Shown here in pieces: positions 51,099 through 59,794 of a DNA stretch of 64,000 nucleotides (the stretch's first letter is position 1; every line of letters starts with the position of its first letter). The position numbers and the translations under genes are program-made. This stretch comes from Minisyncoccia bacterium (GTDB lineage Bacteria; Patescibacteriota; Minisyncoccia; Phycocordibacterales; CALRBL01). The notes under the pieces were generated by a model that searched no databases, had not been told where the DNA came from, and saw only the letters and a list, made by a program, of their open reading frames with translations. The stretch covers positions 29,329-93,328 of the forward strand of contig JBBRNV010000003.1 of the NCBI GenBank assembly GCA_038230075.1, given 5' to 3'.

Positions 51099-52277
51099 TT
51101 AATACCCAGTCGTGTACGAACCGTATGAGTAGGTAACTGTTAGGCCACTTTTATATGAAACAGTAGAGTCATCTTTTAATAGAAGATATACATCGTAAGT
51201 GCCTGGAGAAAGCTGGCCGATATGAAATTGAAGTGTTCCATCATCGATAACAGAAAGATCTTGGACATTGTTTTCTCCAATGATGACATCTGAAACATTT
51301 TGGAAACCAGTTCCTTTAAGAATGACATATGTTTTATTGTCGCCAGAAGCAATACTTGATGGAGTAACACTTCGAATACTTGTTGGTGTTGAAGCACCAC
51401 TTGTTCCTCCTGAAGAAGCTGGTGCAGATGGTGATGGAGCCGATGTGATTCCTCCTCCCGAAGATTGTCGAGGAGGGACTGGTGTTACCGGTGGTGGTGT
51501 TATGCTCGAATTGTTTCTTGTAGTGGTTGTAGCTCGAGGAGTACTTGTTGAAGTTGTTATTGGTTTTACAGAAATTGTTGCGTCGCTTGTAATAACAACT
51601 GGCTTTGCATCTGCATTATTATAGACATACCATTCTTTCTTCATGTCATCACCTGAAATGGGAATAACCACAATATCTTTTCCATCTTCAATGATTGCTT
51701 TAAATCCTGCCTTAACAGAAGTTTCAGTTCCTTGAATAGGTTCTCCTGTTGTAGGATCTTTTTTGTACACAAATACTTCACCTTCAGTAACATTTACTTC
51801 AGTAATGCCACCTGCAAAGTTCACGCCAAATGATGTACCACGAACAACAGCAACAGCATTTCCTGTTTTAATTTCGAAAAATTCTCCTTGTTCAGCAGAT
51901 TTTTTAGCACGTGCCCATAATTCACCACCAAGTAGTTCAATGTTATTTTTTGTCGTGTCGTCAGAGGTGCTCACTACCACCTCACTGTTGTAATCAACCA
52001 TAGTTGGATGTCCGTGAGGAGATTCAATAAGTGCTCGTCCGGTTGATGAGGTTTTAATTACAGAGTTGCTTGGAGTAGTTGTACTTGTTGGAATAGCTGT
52101 GTCGGAAGAAGCATCTTTCATTCGAAGTGAAACATTCTGTTCAACGGTCGTTACGGTAATAGGAAATGTTGCTGCAGATGTGGGCATGACTGTTTTTGTG
52201 TCCGATTGATTTTTGTATAAAAGAAAGACAGCCCCAAGAATGATAATCGCGACTATACCAAGTGAAAGTTTTTTCAT
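51099..52277 (-). CDS. FecR-domain plus IPT/TIG-domain secreted or anchored protein
   Basis: N-terminal TM helix; FecR-like beta region (AVVRGTSFGVNFAGGITEVNVTEGEVFVY); Pro/Ser/Thr linker; C-terminal IPT-like domain; 4 bp upstream of the cyclase start. Confidence 0.55.
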   Translation of the reverse strand: MKKLSLGIVAIIILGAVFLLYKNQSDTKTVMPTSAATFPITVTTVEQNVSLRMKDASSDTAIPTSTTTPSNSVIKTSSTGRALIESPHGHPTMVDYNSEVVVSTSDDTTKNNIELLGGELWARAKKSAEQGEFFEIKTGNAVAVVRGTSFGVNFAGGITEVNVTEGEVFVYKKDPTTGEPIQGTETSVKAGFKAIIEDGKDIVVIPISGDDMKKEWYVYNNADAKPVVITSDATISVKPITTSTSTPRATTTTRNNSSITPPPVTPVPPRQSSGGGITSAPSPSAPASSGGTSGASTPTSIRSVTPSSIASGDNKTYVILKGTGFQNVSDVIIGENNVQDLSVIDDGTLQFHIGQLSPGTYDVYLLLKDDSTVSYKSGLTVTYSYGSYTTGY

Positions 52278-52358
52278 TCGAATATCATAGCAAACATTAG
52301 TCTTTTGTTCGACACTCCTTCAAAGTGCGACTTTTTATGTCGTAATTTGTTATCCACA

Positions 52359-52388
52359 TTGACGAGTGAACGATTGTTCACCTATACT
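52359..52388 (+). promoter_or_regulatory. promoter TTGACG, 18 nt, TATACT with an embedded perfect palindrome GTGAAC-GATT-GTTCAC (candidate operator)
   Basis: The palindrome at 52366-52381 sits exactly between the -35 and -10 hexamers. Confidence 0.5.
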
Positions 52389-52415
52389 GTAATCATACAA
52401 AATAATTAAAAACAT

Positions 52416-52607
52416 ATGAGCGAACAACAATACAAAAACTGGATAGGAAGAGAGTTGCAGCGATTAAATGAAATAATCGATTACAACATATTACATGGGT
52501 TCAACTATCGAGAAGAATCAAAAAAACATAAAGCACTTTTAAAACAGACTGAAGTGATGCAAAAGAAAGAACAGAAAAGAAGTGTCTTCAGTTTTATGTT
52601 TAGTTAA
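52416..52607 (+). CDS. hypothetical small basic protein (63 aa)
   Basis: ORF downstream of the promoter/operator; no recognisable domain. Confidence 0.35.
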   Translation: MSEQQYKNWIGRELQRLNEIIDYNILHGFNYREESKKHKALLKQTEVMQKKEQKRSVFSFMFS

Positions 52608-52661
52608 TCTTTATACTATCTTTATTTTGTTGTTCGCCGAATTTTAATGTTTGAATCTAAA

Positions 52662-52704
52662 TAAAAAAACCGCCCGCCTCGAGTTGTGCTCGAGAGCGGG
52701 GCAG
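52662..52704 (-). terminator. GC-rich rho-independent terminator for the minus-strand gene ending at 52721
   Basis: CCGCCCGCCTCGAG-TTGTG-CTCGAGAGCGGGG hairpin; on the minus strand followed by TTTTTTT. Confidence 0.65.
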
Positions 52705-52720
52705 TTGGTTCGGTCTGCGT

Positions 52721-53020
52721 TTAGTTGCGCAACCGAATGCTTAAGGGGCCAATGTTGATGGCGGAAAGCCGTTGCGCCAACTTCTGACGCTGCTGCGGAG
52801 GAGTAGTATGGTTGAAACCACCATGAGTGGTTGGAGGGACAAACTTTTGACCTTCAGGTTGCATGATCGGATAGAGCCGACCATCTTTCAACAAGTAGGC
52901 CACATGGACCAATTTCTTGGTTGGGCGGCGCGCAGGCTGCTGAGCCTGTGCGGAAGGGGTGAAGATGACGGAGGTGAAGGCGAACACGAGGAGCGCCAAG
53001 ACGAGTTTGAGGATGTTGTT
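52721..53020 (-). CDS. hypothetical small secreted protein; GC-rich cassette
   Basis: Signal peptide (LALLVFAFTSVIFTPSAQA), GC3-rich codons; start set at the Met that begins the signal peptide. Confidence 0.5.
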   Translation of the reverse strand, partial: NNILKLVLALLVFAFTSVIFTPSAQAQQPARRPTKKLVHVAYLLKDGRLYPIMQPEGQKFVPPTTHGGFNHTTPPQQRQKLAQRLSAINIGPLSIRLRN

Positions 53021-53146
53021 CATGCTATCTAAAGCCAGGCTAACTAGCTTCACATAGCATGAACACATCGAAGAACTTTACTATCGTATTATACCATATT
53101 ACTGATAAATGTCAATTAATCAGACAACATTAAACCAGCCTTTATG

Positions 53147-53833
53147 TTAGGTTCTTTTATGACCTTTCTTCCATTCAATGAGTGATCCAGCTTTTAATTC
53201 CATGTTGTCTGCCTTTCTTAGGTATTTGATATTTTGTTGAGGAATAATTGATGTATGTGGTGATTCATCAAGTGCATCTGCTATGTGATCTAAGTTTTGT
53301 TCTGAGGTTATCCACTTTGTTCCAAACTTTTTTACATTAAAAGGTTTTGAAAAACTGCGAAGAGTTTTCTTTTTTGTTTTATTATCAAAATATTCATGAA
53401 AGTATGAAAGTGCTAATTCTCGAATTGTTTTATATACAGGATCTCTAAAACGAAGTGTTGAATGATTTGTTTTACTAATCGCTCCCCAGTATCCATTAAT
53501 TTTATAAAGTGCAACGACATGATCAACATCATCTTCTGTTTTTAAATCAAGAATGAGTGGTTCTTCTCCGTGAATCCACAAAGCTAGAGCGGCAAGAAGT
53601 GCACCTTCAAAACAATGCGCTTTTTCTTCCTTTAACACTCTTCGTGGTGACATATAGGTGTCACCTTTCTTTTCCCAATTAACAGGAAGGGAATCGAGAA
53701 AGTCTTGTATTTTAATAGGTGTTGAAAGTGCCTTAAGCTTTTTTAATTCGTGTGATGAAAGTCCAAACATTAATAAAGTATAACAAAACCAAAGAGAGAT
53801 GTTCTGGTATTCATTCCATTCATGCGGTACCAT
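53147..53833 (-). CDS. hypothetical protein with a papain-fold Cys-His-Asp arrangement (transglutaminase-like or arylamine-N-acetyltransferase-like)
   Basis: AHCFEGALLAALAL (Cys74) then DHVVALY (His105) then RFRDP (Asp131); the spacing is compatible with a TGase-like or NAT catalytic triad; this is motif-level evidence only. Confidence 0.45.
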   Translation of the reverse strand: MVPHEWNEYQNISLWFCYTLLMFGLSSHELKKLKALSTPIKIQDFLDSLPVNWEKKGDTYMSPRRVLKEEKAHCFEGALLAALALWIHGEEPLILDLKTEDDVDHVVALYKINGYWGAISKTNHSTLRFRDPVYKTIRELALSYFHEYFDNKTKKKTLRSFSKPFNVKKFGTKWITSEQNLDHIADALDESPHTSIIPQQNIKYLRKADNMELKAGSLIEWKKGHKRT

Positions 53834-53841
53834 AATGCTCT

Positions 53842-54243
53842 ATGCGAAAAAGTAAGTACACTCCTGGAGACTACAAAGTTGTTGTTAAGCGTTCATCTGC
53901 AGGTCTTGGTTTATTTGCTTCTGAAGAAATTCCAAAAGGAAAGTGTGTCATCGAATATGTGGGAAGAGTAATTAAAGGAAAAGAAGAATATACCAGCAAT
54001 AGTAAATACTTATTTGAGGTTCACTCTCGAAAAACTATTGATGGAAGAGATCGCTCAAATATAGCTCGATATATTAATCATTCATGCAAAGCAAATGCTG
54101 AACCGACTATTCATAAAGCACGAGTATTTATTATGTCTAAAAGGAAGATACTTGCTGGAGAAGAGATTGTGTATGACTATGGTGAAGATTATTGGGGTGA
54201 ACACATACAACCAAAAGGATGCAGGTGTAGAAAGTGCTCATAG
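53842..54243 (+). CDS. minimal SET-domain protein lysine methyltransferase
   Basis: GLGLFA (GxG), RYINHSCKANAE (NHSCxxN), EEIVYDYGEDYW (ELxxDY) and post-SET CRCRKC. Confidence 0.8.
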   Translation: MRKSKYTPGDYKVVVKRSSAGLGLFASEEIPKGKCVIEYVGRVIKGKEEYTSNSKYLFEVHSRKTIDGRDRSNIARYINHSCKANAEPTIHKARVFIMSKRKILAGEEIVYDYGEDYWGEHIQPKGCRCRKCS

Positions 54244-54823
54244 CACCACGTTTCGTTGACTTTCTTTGTAAAGATTGTACTGTATTTTAAGAATGAAAAC
54301 TATTTCTGGTTGGAGGCCGACATTGTTGGCAGAAAGGTTGTTAGAAGAGCGTGAGAATCGCGGTGGGTTTATACAAAAAAGGTAGTTGAGAAGACAAAAA
54401 TCAAAAAGGTCTGGGGAAAAAATGCAAAAAAAAGACCGAAAGCTCGTCCCGGATTTCACCTGACCAGCAAACCCAAAGAACTTGCTCGACATTTTGTTGG
54501 AAACCGATTTCTGACTGCTTTGAAAGGAAAGTTGTTTCGAGATCCTTCCAACTTCTATTACTTTATGTGGAATGCTGTGCACGTGCACATTTTACACATG
54601 AGCGAAGAGGGGTTGGTGGATGTTCTTGAAAAGTTCTCTTCGAACGATCCTTCTTTTCCGCGAAGTATGACCGCAGAACGGCTGCTTCGTGGTAATCTCA
54701 CTAACAGCTTTTACCAAAAGGGACAAGTTGTTACATATGTAGATTCGGTGATTGCAATCATCGTTGCTGCCGTCTATGATTTTGTTTTTCCTCCCACACT
54801 TTCTGTTGCTCAAAAACAAGGCA

Positions 54824-54857
54824 ACAAAAAGAAAAAGAAAAAGAAAAAGAAAAAAAA
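54824..54857 (+). repeat. (AAAAAG)n microsatellite
   Basis: aaaaagaaaaagaaaaagaaaaagaaaaaaaa read directly. Confidence 0.8.
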
Positions 54858-55027
54858 TTTCGCGCTACAATCTCACTCCAACCACTGACCTCGCCTTAAA
54901 CCGGCGAGTTTTGTGTTTTATAAAACAAAGCTCCGCGTATCAATATATAAAAAGGAAAACCGCTCGCCGAAGGTGAGCTCATTGAGCGGGTCCTTGGGGA
55001 GCGATTTGTGTACCGAATGTTCGAAGA

Positions 55028-55759
55028 CTAGCCGCCAGGAGTGTAGATCGGCATCTCCTTAAACTTGAGACGACGAATCAGGTCGGTGAGGATGAGTCGA
55101 ACCACTTGGTCTCGATTCATATCAGTATTGTCGATTTCCATCGAACAAGGATGCCTCACGAATGGTGAAACCGATCTTTCGGTATCGTGCCTGTCGCGCT
55201 TCTGGAGCCCTTGTACGATCTCTGCGTACGTTTGTTCGGGCTGATCTTTCGGCTGATCCTTAAAGCGGCGAGCTGCTCTCGTGGCGACCTCGGCGGTGAT
55301 GAAGTAGCCGCTGCACCGACCGTTTTCGGCGTCGAAGATTTTTCTCATGTCCCGACCTTCGGGCACGAGACCAGGCAGTTGCCTGCGGGACATCTGATAG
55401 TCGTGCATCATCGCACGTACTTCTGGTATTGCGCTGACAGCGGAAACCCGATCCGAGCAAGCCTTGTAGCGAATTTCTTCGGTGACTTCGATTTCACCGA
55501 CGAAAACCTTCCCATCGACGAACGTTGTCGGATACTGAAGTGCGACTTCGATCACATTGTTCGGATTGGTGATGTCGATACCGTGGACGATGGTGAGGTG
55601 TGCCACCGACCGGTAGAGAGCGCCGCTGTCGAGGTGTTTGAAGCCGAGAATTCGAGCAAGCTCACGAGCGGTCGAACTTTTGCCGGATCCGCCAGGACCA
55701 TCGATGGCGATAACTTCTGCGAGTAGATTAGGAGGTGTTAGTTGAGTGAGGGTGGCCAT
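55028..55759 (-). CDS. cmk: cytidylate kinase; GC-rich gene
   Basis: IAIDGPGGSGKSSTARELARILGFKHLDSGALYR matches the Cmk P-loop/NMP-binding signature; GC3-rich codons, about 55% GC. Confidence 0.8.
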   Translation of the reverse strand: MATLTQLTPPNLLAEVIAIDGPGGSGKSSTARELARILGFKHLDSGALYRSVAHLTIVHGIDITNPNNVIEVALQYPTTFVDGKVFVGEIEVTEEIRYKACSDRVSAVSAIPEVRAMMHDYQMSRRQLPGLVPEGRDMRKIFDAENGRCSGYFITAEVATRAARRFKDQPKDQPEQTYAEIVQGLQKRDRHDTERSVSPFVRHPCSMEIDNTDMNRDQVVRLILTDLIRRLKFKEMPIYTPGG

Positions 55760-55902
55760 TCGGCCTCCTTTCTTTTTCGAGGGGTGAAACTGTGGGTGAG
55801 GTTCGTCTTCGAAACACATGTATGAGTCAAAGAAGAGCTTTCAATAGAGTAGTGGTTTAGAGCATTAAAGTCAAACCATATATTACAACAAAGAGAATAA
55901 CT

Positions 55903-56072
55903 TAATCGGTACTAATTTTATATCCGAGCCAGATACCAGCAAGTCCTCCAACAGCAGTTAATATTACTGATGAGAGTGAAAAGAAGCTGTCACCCCAGAG
56001 TTCAGGAATGAATCCTCCGATAGTTGATCCGATAAACAAGAAGAGAAAAATAATTTGTTTTGATGCCATATA
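55903..56072 (-). CDS. small hydrophobic protein (55 aa), absent from the ORF track because it is under 60 aa
   Basis: ATG at 56072 directly abuts the stop of the AI-2E gene; translation is MASKQIIFLFLFIGSTIGGFIPELWGDSFFSLSSVILTAVGGLAGIWLGYKISTD, i.e. two predicted TM helices. Confidence 0.4.
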
Positions 56073-57098
56073 TTATGAGACCTTCTTTTCTTTAAAGAAG
56101 TCGTATATTTCTGTTGCAACAATTTGGACAACTGCTGCCGCTGGAATCGCAAGAAGGATTCCGGTTATTCCTCCAATTTCTCCTCCAATAATTGAAGCGA
56201 CAACAATCAAAAGTGCAGATAGGTCGATTGAATGTGAATACACTGCTGGTTGAATAAAATGTCCTTCTACAAATTGATACACCAATAGAACGACAACACT
56301 AATGACCACTGCAAAAATTCCTTGTGTAAGTGCAACCAATCCTACGATAATTGTTGCGATAGCTGCCCCAACAAGAGGAATAAGGTCGAAGAGCGCAACA
56401 AGTACCGCTAATGCAAATTTGTAAGGAACACCAAGAATCCACAATGTGATGAGCGTGACAAGGCCGGCAATGAGGCTAATAAAAAGATTTCCAGACACGA
56501 AACCACTGACTGAGCGTTGAATACGTGAACCAACTCGTTCGGCAATTGATGCGTCTTTTTCTTTCAAAAAACTGAGAAATCCTTTCCAAATATACAACCC
56601 TTCGATTTGAAGAAGAAAGGTCAGAACAATAACCGAGGTAATACCAACAAGTTTTGAAATCACATTATTGGTGATAACAATCAGTGATGTTCCTCCTCCA
56701 AGAAGTAAAACCGAAATTTCATTCGAGAATTCTTTTAACGTATCAGCAAAATGAAACTTTTGATTAAGTGAAACAAAACTTGGATTATTCAACATTCGGT
56801 TGGTAATTTCAGGAAGATGTTGGAAGAGGTCCATTCCTTGGTTAATGAGGGGAATTGCAATCGTTCCTAGAAGTCCAAGAACAATAATAAGGAGGAAGAT
56901 ATCTGCAATAACTGCCGCCCACACTTTTGATGCTCCCCATTTTTCAAGCTTGGTGACAACGGGATTGATAGCGAATACCAGTAGTGTTGCAACAACAAGG
57001 TATAAAATTACAAGATTCGATAAAACAATAAAGTAAAGTATTGCAGTGAAGGCCACAATAATAGTACAAATGAGTAATGTTTTTTTAGCTGTTTCCAT
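56073..57098 (-). CDS. AI-2E family transporter (PerM/UPF0118)
   Basis: Eight TM helices; overall AI-2E family topology and family resemblance. Confidence 0.7.
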   Translation of the reverse strand: METAKKTLLICTIIVAFTAILYFIVLSNLVILYLVVATLLVFAINPVVTKLEKWGASKVWAAVIADIFLLIIVLGLLGTIAIPLINQGMDLFQHLPEITNRMLNNPSFVSLNQKFHFADTLKEFSNEISVLLLGGGTSLIVITNNVISKLVGITSVIVLTFLLQIEGLYIWKGFLSFLKEKDASIAERVGSRIQRSVSGFVSGNLFISLIAGLVTLITLWILGVPYKFALAVLVALFDLIPLVGAAIATIIVGLVALTQGIFAVVISVVVLLVYQFVEGHFIQPAVYSHSIDLSALLIVVASIIGGEIGGITGILLAIPAAAVVQIVATEIYDFFKEKKVS

Positions 57099-57139
57099 GC
57101 AACTATCCTAGCACATTTTAAAATGTATACTTATTTTAT

Positions 57140-57667
57140 ATGATCGATCGAAAAAAGCTTGTCGTTGTGAATGACCATATGCAAAAAGGATATACATATG
57201 AATTAACTGAACCAGAGGGAAAAAATTTTGATCCTGAATTTAAGCCAGACCTCACACCAAAACAAATGCTTGAACTCGGGGTGTTTGGAGGAATATACAT
57301 GAGAGATTGTGCTAATGAGTTTCCAAAATCATGGTTTGCTAAAGCTAAGTTTGTTCCCGTTGAAAGCAGTATCAAAGATCTCAAACTTAACTACTTTGGG
57401 GTCGATGCAAGTCAATCACTTGAGGTGTGGAAAAAGAATGGATGGATCAACGAGAAATATGATCCGCGAGGTTGGTTTCAGTGGTATTGCCGATATTATG
57501 TAGGAAGAAGAATTCCAGATGAAGATCGACGACAGATTAAACGTTGGAAAGCAATTAATAGGCATATTGCACAAGTAATTCACAATTGTAGACCTCAAGA
57601 TTTTTCATGTAGAACGAAGCAGCGACAAGCTATTTTGCACTGGGCCTATGATAGTCGAAAGCTATAG
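57140..57667 (+). CDS. hypothetical conserved soluble protein (unidentified DUF)
   Basis: 175-aa ORF rich in Trp/Tyr (GWFQWYCRYYVGRR); no motif I can assign. Confidence 0.45.
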   Translation: MIDRKKLVVVNDHMQKGYTYELTEPEGKNFDPEFKPDLTPKQMLELGVFGGIYMRDCANEFPKSWFAKAKFVPVESSIKDLKLNYFGVDASQSLEVWKKNGWINEKYDPRGWFQWYCRYYVGRRIPDEDRRQIKRWKAINRHIAQVIHNCRPQDFSCRTKQRQAILHWAYDSRKL

Positions 57668-57690
57668 TCTGTTCGTGTTATAATGGAGGT

Positions 57691-58122
57691 ATGAATAAAA
57701 ATACCTACATTACCTTAGCAGTTATTTTATTAGCCCTTATTGCCCTCGTTTTTGTACAAAAAAAGAATTCAGTTGCCCCTACAACATCTGAGAATGCAAC
57801 AACAACACAAAAATTAGTAACTGGAACAGATCAAGAAACATTTTCAGGAACAATTACCGCAGTAGACACTGGGTGTTTTTCAGATGCTACGTGTAGTGTG
57901 ACTGTTGATGGAAAGAAAATTGTTTTAGTAACTGGCGGTCGAGGAGTTTCTCCTGATGTTAAAGTTGGAAAACTTCTCGGAGTAAACTCAGTAGGAGACT
58001 TAGAACAAAAAATTGGTGCTCATGCAAATGTCTTTGCAACAACAACTCCTGATGGTAATTACAGTATTTATGGAAATGAAAACTATTATGTTGAAGTGGT
58101 AGTAATGCAGTCTGCTTCGTAG
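57691..58122 (+). CDS. hypothetical secreted protein
   Basis: Signal peptide or TM anchor, Thr-rich beta region. Confidence 0.45.
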   Translation: MNKNTYITLAVILLALIALVFVQKKNSVAPTTSENATTTQKLVTGTDQETFSGTITAVDTGCFSDATCSVTVDGKKIVLVTGGRGVSPDVKVGKLLGVNSVGDLEQKIGAHANVFATTTPDGNYSIYGNENYYVEVVVMQSAS

Positions 58123-58149
58123 TTTATTAGAAAGATTTAATGTATTTTT

Positions 58150-58572
58150 ATGCCAATTCCATTTAATGTATGGTCAATTTTAGGCTCAATGATAATTTCT
58201 GTTATCTTAGGATTTCTTTGGTACGGCCCGTTTTTTGGAAAGAAGTGGATGGAGCTTTCGGGATTAAAAATGCCAGATGAAAAGCCGTCATTTAAAATGA
58301 TGCTCAAACCAATTCTTTTATCGTTTATTGGAGCAATATTAATGAGTTATGTTCTCAGTGCTTCAATTGCCTTTGGAAACTTTTATTTAGGAACAACCGG
58401 TATTTGTGCAGGTCTCACGTGTGCATTCTTTATGTGGCTTGGATTTATTGTTCCAACATATTTAAACTTATCAGGATGGGAAGGAAGGTCGTGGACACTC
58501 TTCTTTATTAATGTGGGATATTGGTTGGTATTTCTTTTTATTTCAGCATCACTTATTTCTTGGTTGATGTAG
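58150..58572 (+). CDS. hypothetical four-TM membrane protein
   Basis: Four hydrophobic helices; no motif assigned. Confidence 0.45.
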   Translation: MPIPFNVWSILGSMIISVILGFLWYGPFFGKKWMELSGLKMPDEKPSFKMMLKPILLSFIGAILMSYVLSASIAFGNFYLGTTGICAGLTCAFFMWLGFIVPTYLNLSGWEGRSWTLFFINVGYWLVFLFISASLISWLM

Positions 58573-58595
58573 GTTTTGTAATACATAATGTGACT

Positions 58596-59750
58596 ATGTT
58601 AAAAAAAATCTCAGCACTTTGTCTTTTTATTTTTCTTGTAATACCTTTCGTGTCTCAAGCTGCTGAACTGGTTCCTGATACACAAACAACTGTTAAGGCT
58701 AAAGTATTGAAAGTAAGTTCAGCTTCAGATGAAATACTTCCTGGAACTAACACAACACACAAATCTCAACATATAACCGTTAGTCCTTTAGAAGGAAATG
58801 ATGCGGGCTCTATTGTTCAGTTTGATAATGATTATATTCAATTAGAAGAAGGACAAATTTTTTATCTCACTAAAACTGTCTATGCAGACGGGAGTAATTC
58901 AACGTATGTAGTATATAGTCCATATCGACTAAATACATTGTTATTTTTCGTAATTCTATTTGTAGTTCTTGTTGTTATTTTTGGAGGAAAACAAGGTGTT
59001 CGAGGGCTTCTCAGTTTGATTGGAAGTATGGCTCTCATTTTGTATGTTTTGCTACCTGGGATTATTCACGGAATTTCTCCAATTTTTCTGAGTATTATTA
59101 TTTCTTCATTTATTATTATTCTAGGATCTTATGTTACGCACGGTTTTAACAAGACAACATCATCTGCGGTTGTTGGAATGATTGTAACCATAATTTTTAC
59201 AGGAATTCTTGCTCACTTTGCTGTTCATGCAGCATCACTTACAGGATTTGAAACAGAAGAGTCTGTGTATCTTAATATTAATACACAAGGAAAAATTGAT
59301 TTCGTGCAGTTATTGATGGGTGGAATTGTTATTGGGCTTCTTGGAGTTTTATACGATGCTGCGATTGGTCAAGCGGTTTCTGTCGAAGAACTTCATGCTG
59401 TGGCACCTCATCTTCCTCGATGGACTATTTACAAACGAGCAATTCGAATCGGAAGAGAACACATTGGAGCACTCGTTAATATTTTAGCTATTGCATATGT
59501 TGGAGTGTCTTTACCCCTTCTTCTTCTGTTTGCAACAGGAGCAAATGGATCGATTTCGGTTATTTTAAACAGAGAAAACTTTTCAACTGAAATCGTACGC
59601 ACATTAATTGGAAGTATTGGTCTTATTTTAGCGGTTCCCATTACCACATGGCTTTCGGTTATGATTCTTATAAAAAAACAAAAACATGTTGACATTGAGG
59701 TGTTAAAGAAAGAAGAAAAAAATATCGAACACATTGGACATCATCATTAA
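58596..59750 (+). CDS. YibE/F-like polytopic membrane protein
   Basis: Signal peptide plus a soluble N-terminal domain, then a multi-TM core typical of YibE/F; start set at MLKKISALCLF. Confidence 0.45.
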   Translation: MLKKISALCLFIFLVIPFVSQAAELVPDTQTTVKAKVLKVSSASDEILPGTNTTHKSQHITVSPLEGNDAGSIVQFDNDYIQLEEGQIFYLTKTVYADGSNSTYVVYSPYRLNTLLFFVILFVVLVVIFGGKQGVRGLLSLIGSMALILYVLLPGIIHGISPIFLSIIISSFIIILGSYVTHGFNKTTSSAVVGMIVTIIFTGILAHFAVHAASLTGFETEESVYLNINTQGKIDFVQLLMGGIVIGLLGVLYDAAIGQAVSVEELHAVAPHLPRWTIYKRAIRIGREHIGALVNILAIAYVGVSLPLLLLFATGANGSISVILNRENFSTEIVRTLIGSIGLILAVPITTWLSVMILIKKQKHVDIEVLKKEEKNIEHIGHHH

Positions 59751-59794
59751 GCAGATTCCTTTCTACTTTCTGAGAATGATAGTAGTATGTCGAC

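Noticed and set aside
54520-54888. 122-aa ORF ending in a KKKKKKKKKKK run
   Set aside because: The poly-Lys comes from the (AAAAAG)n microsatellite, and the rest has no homology signal. It is more likely non-coding or a decayed gene.
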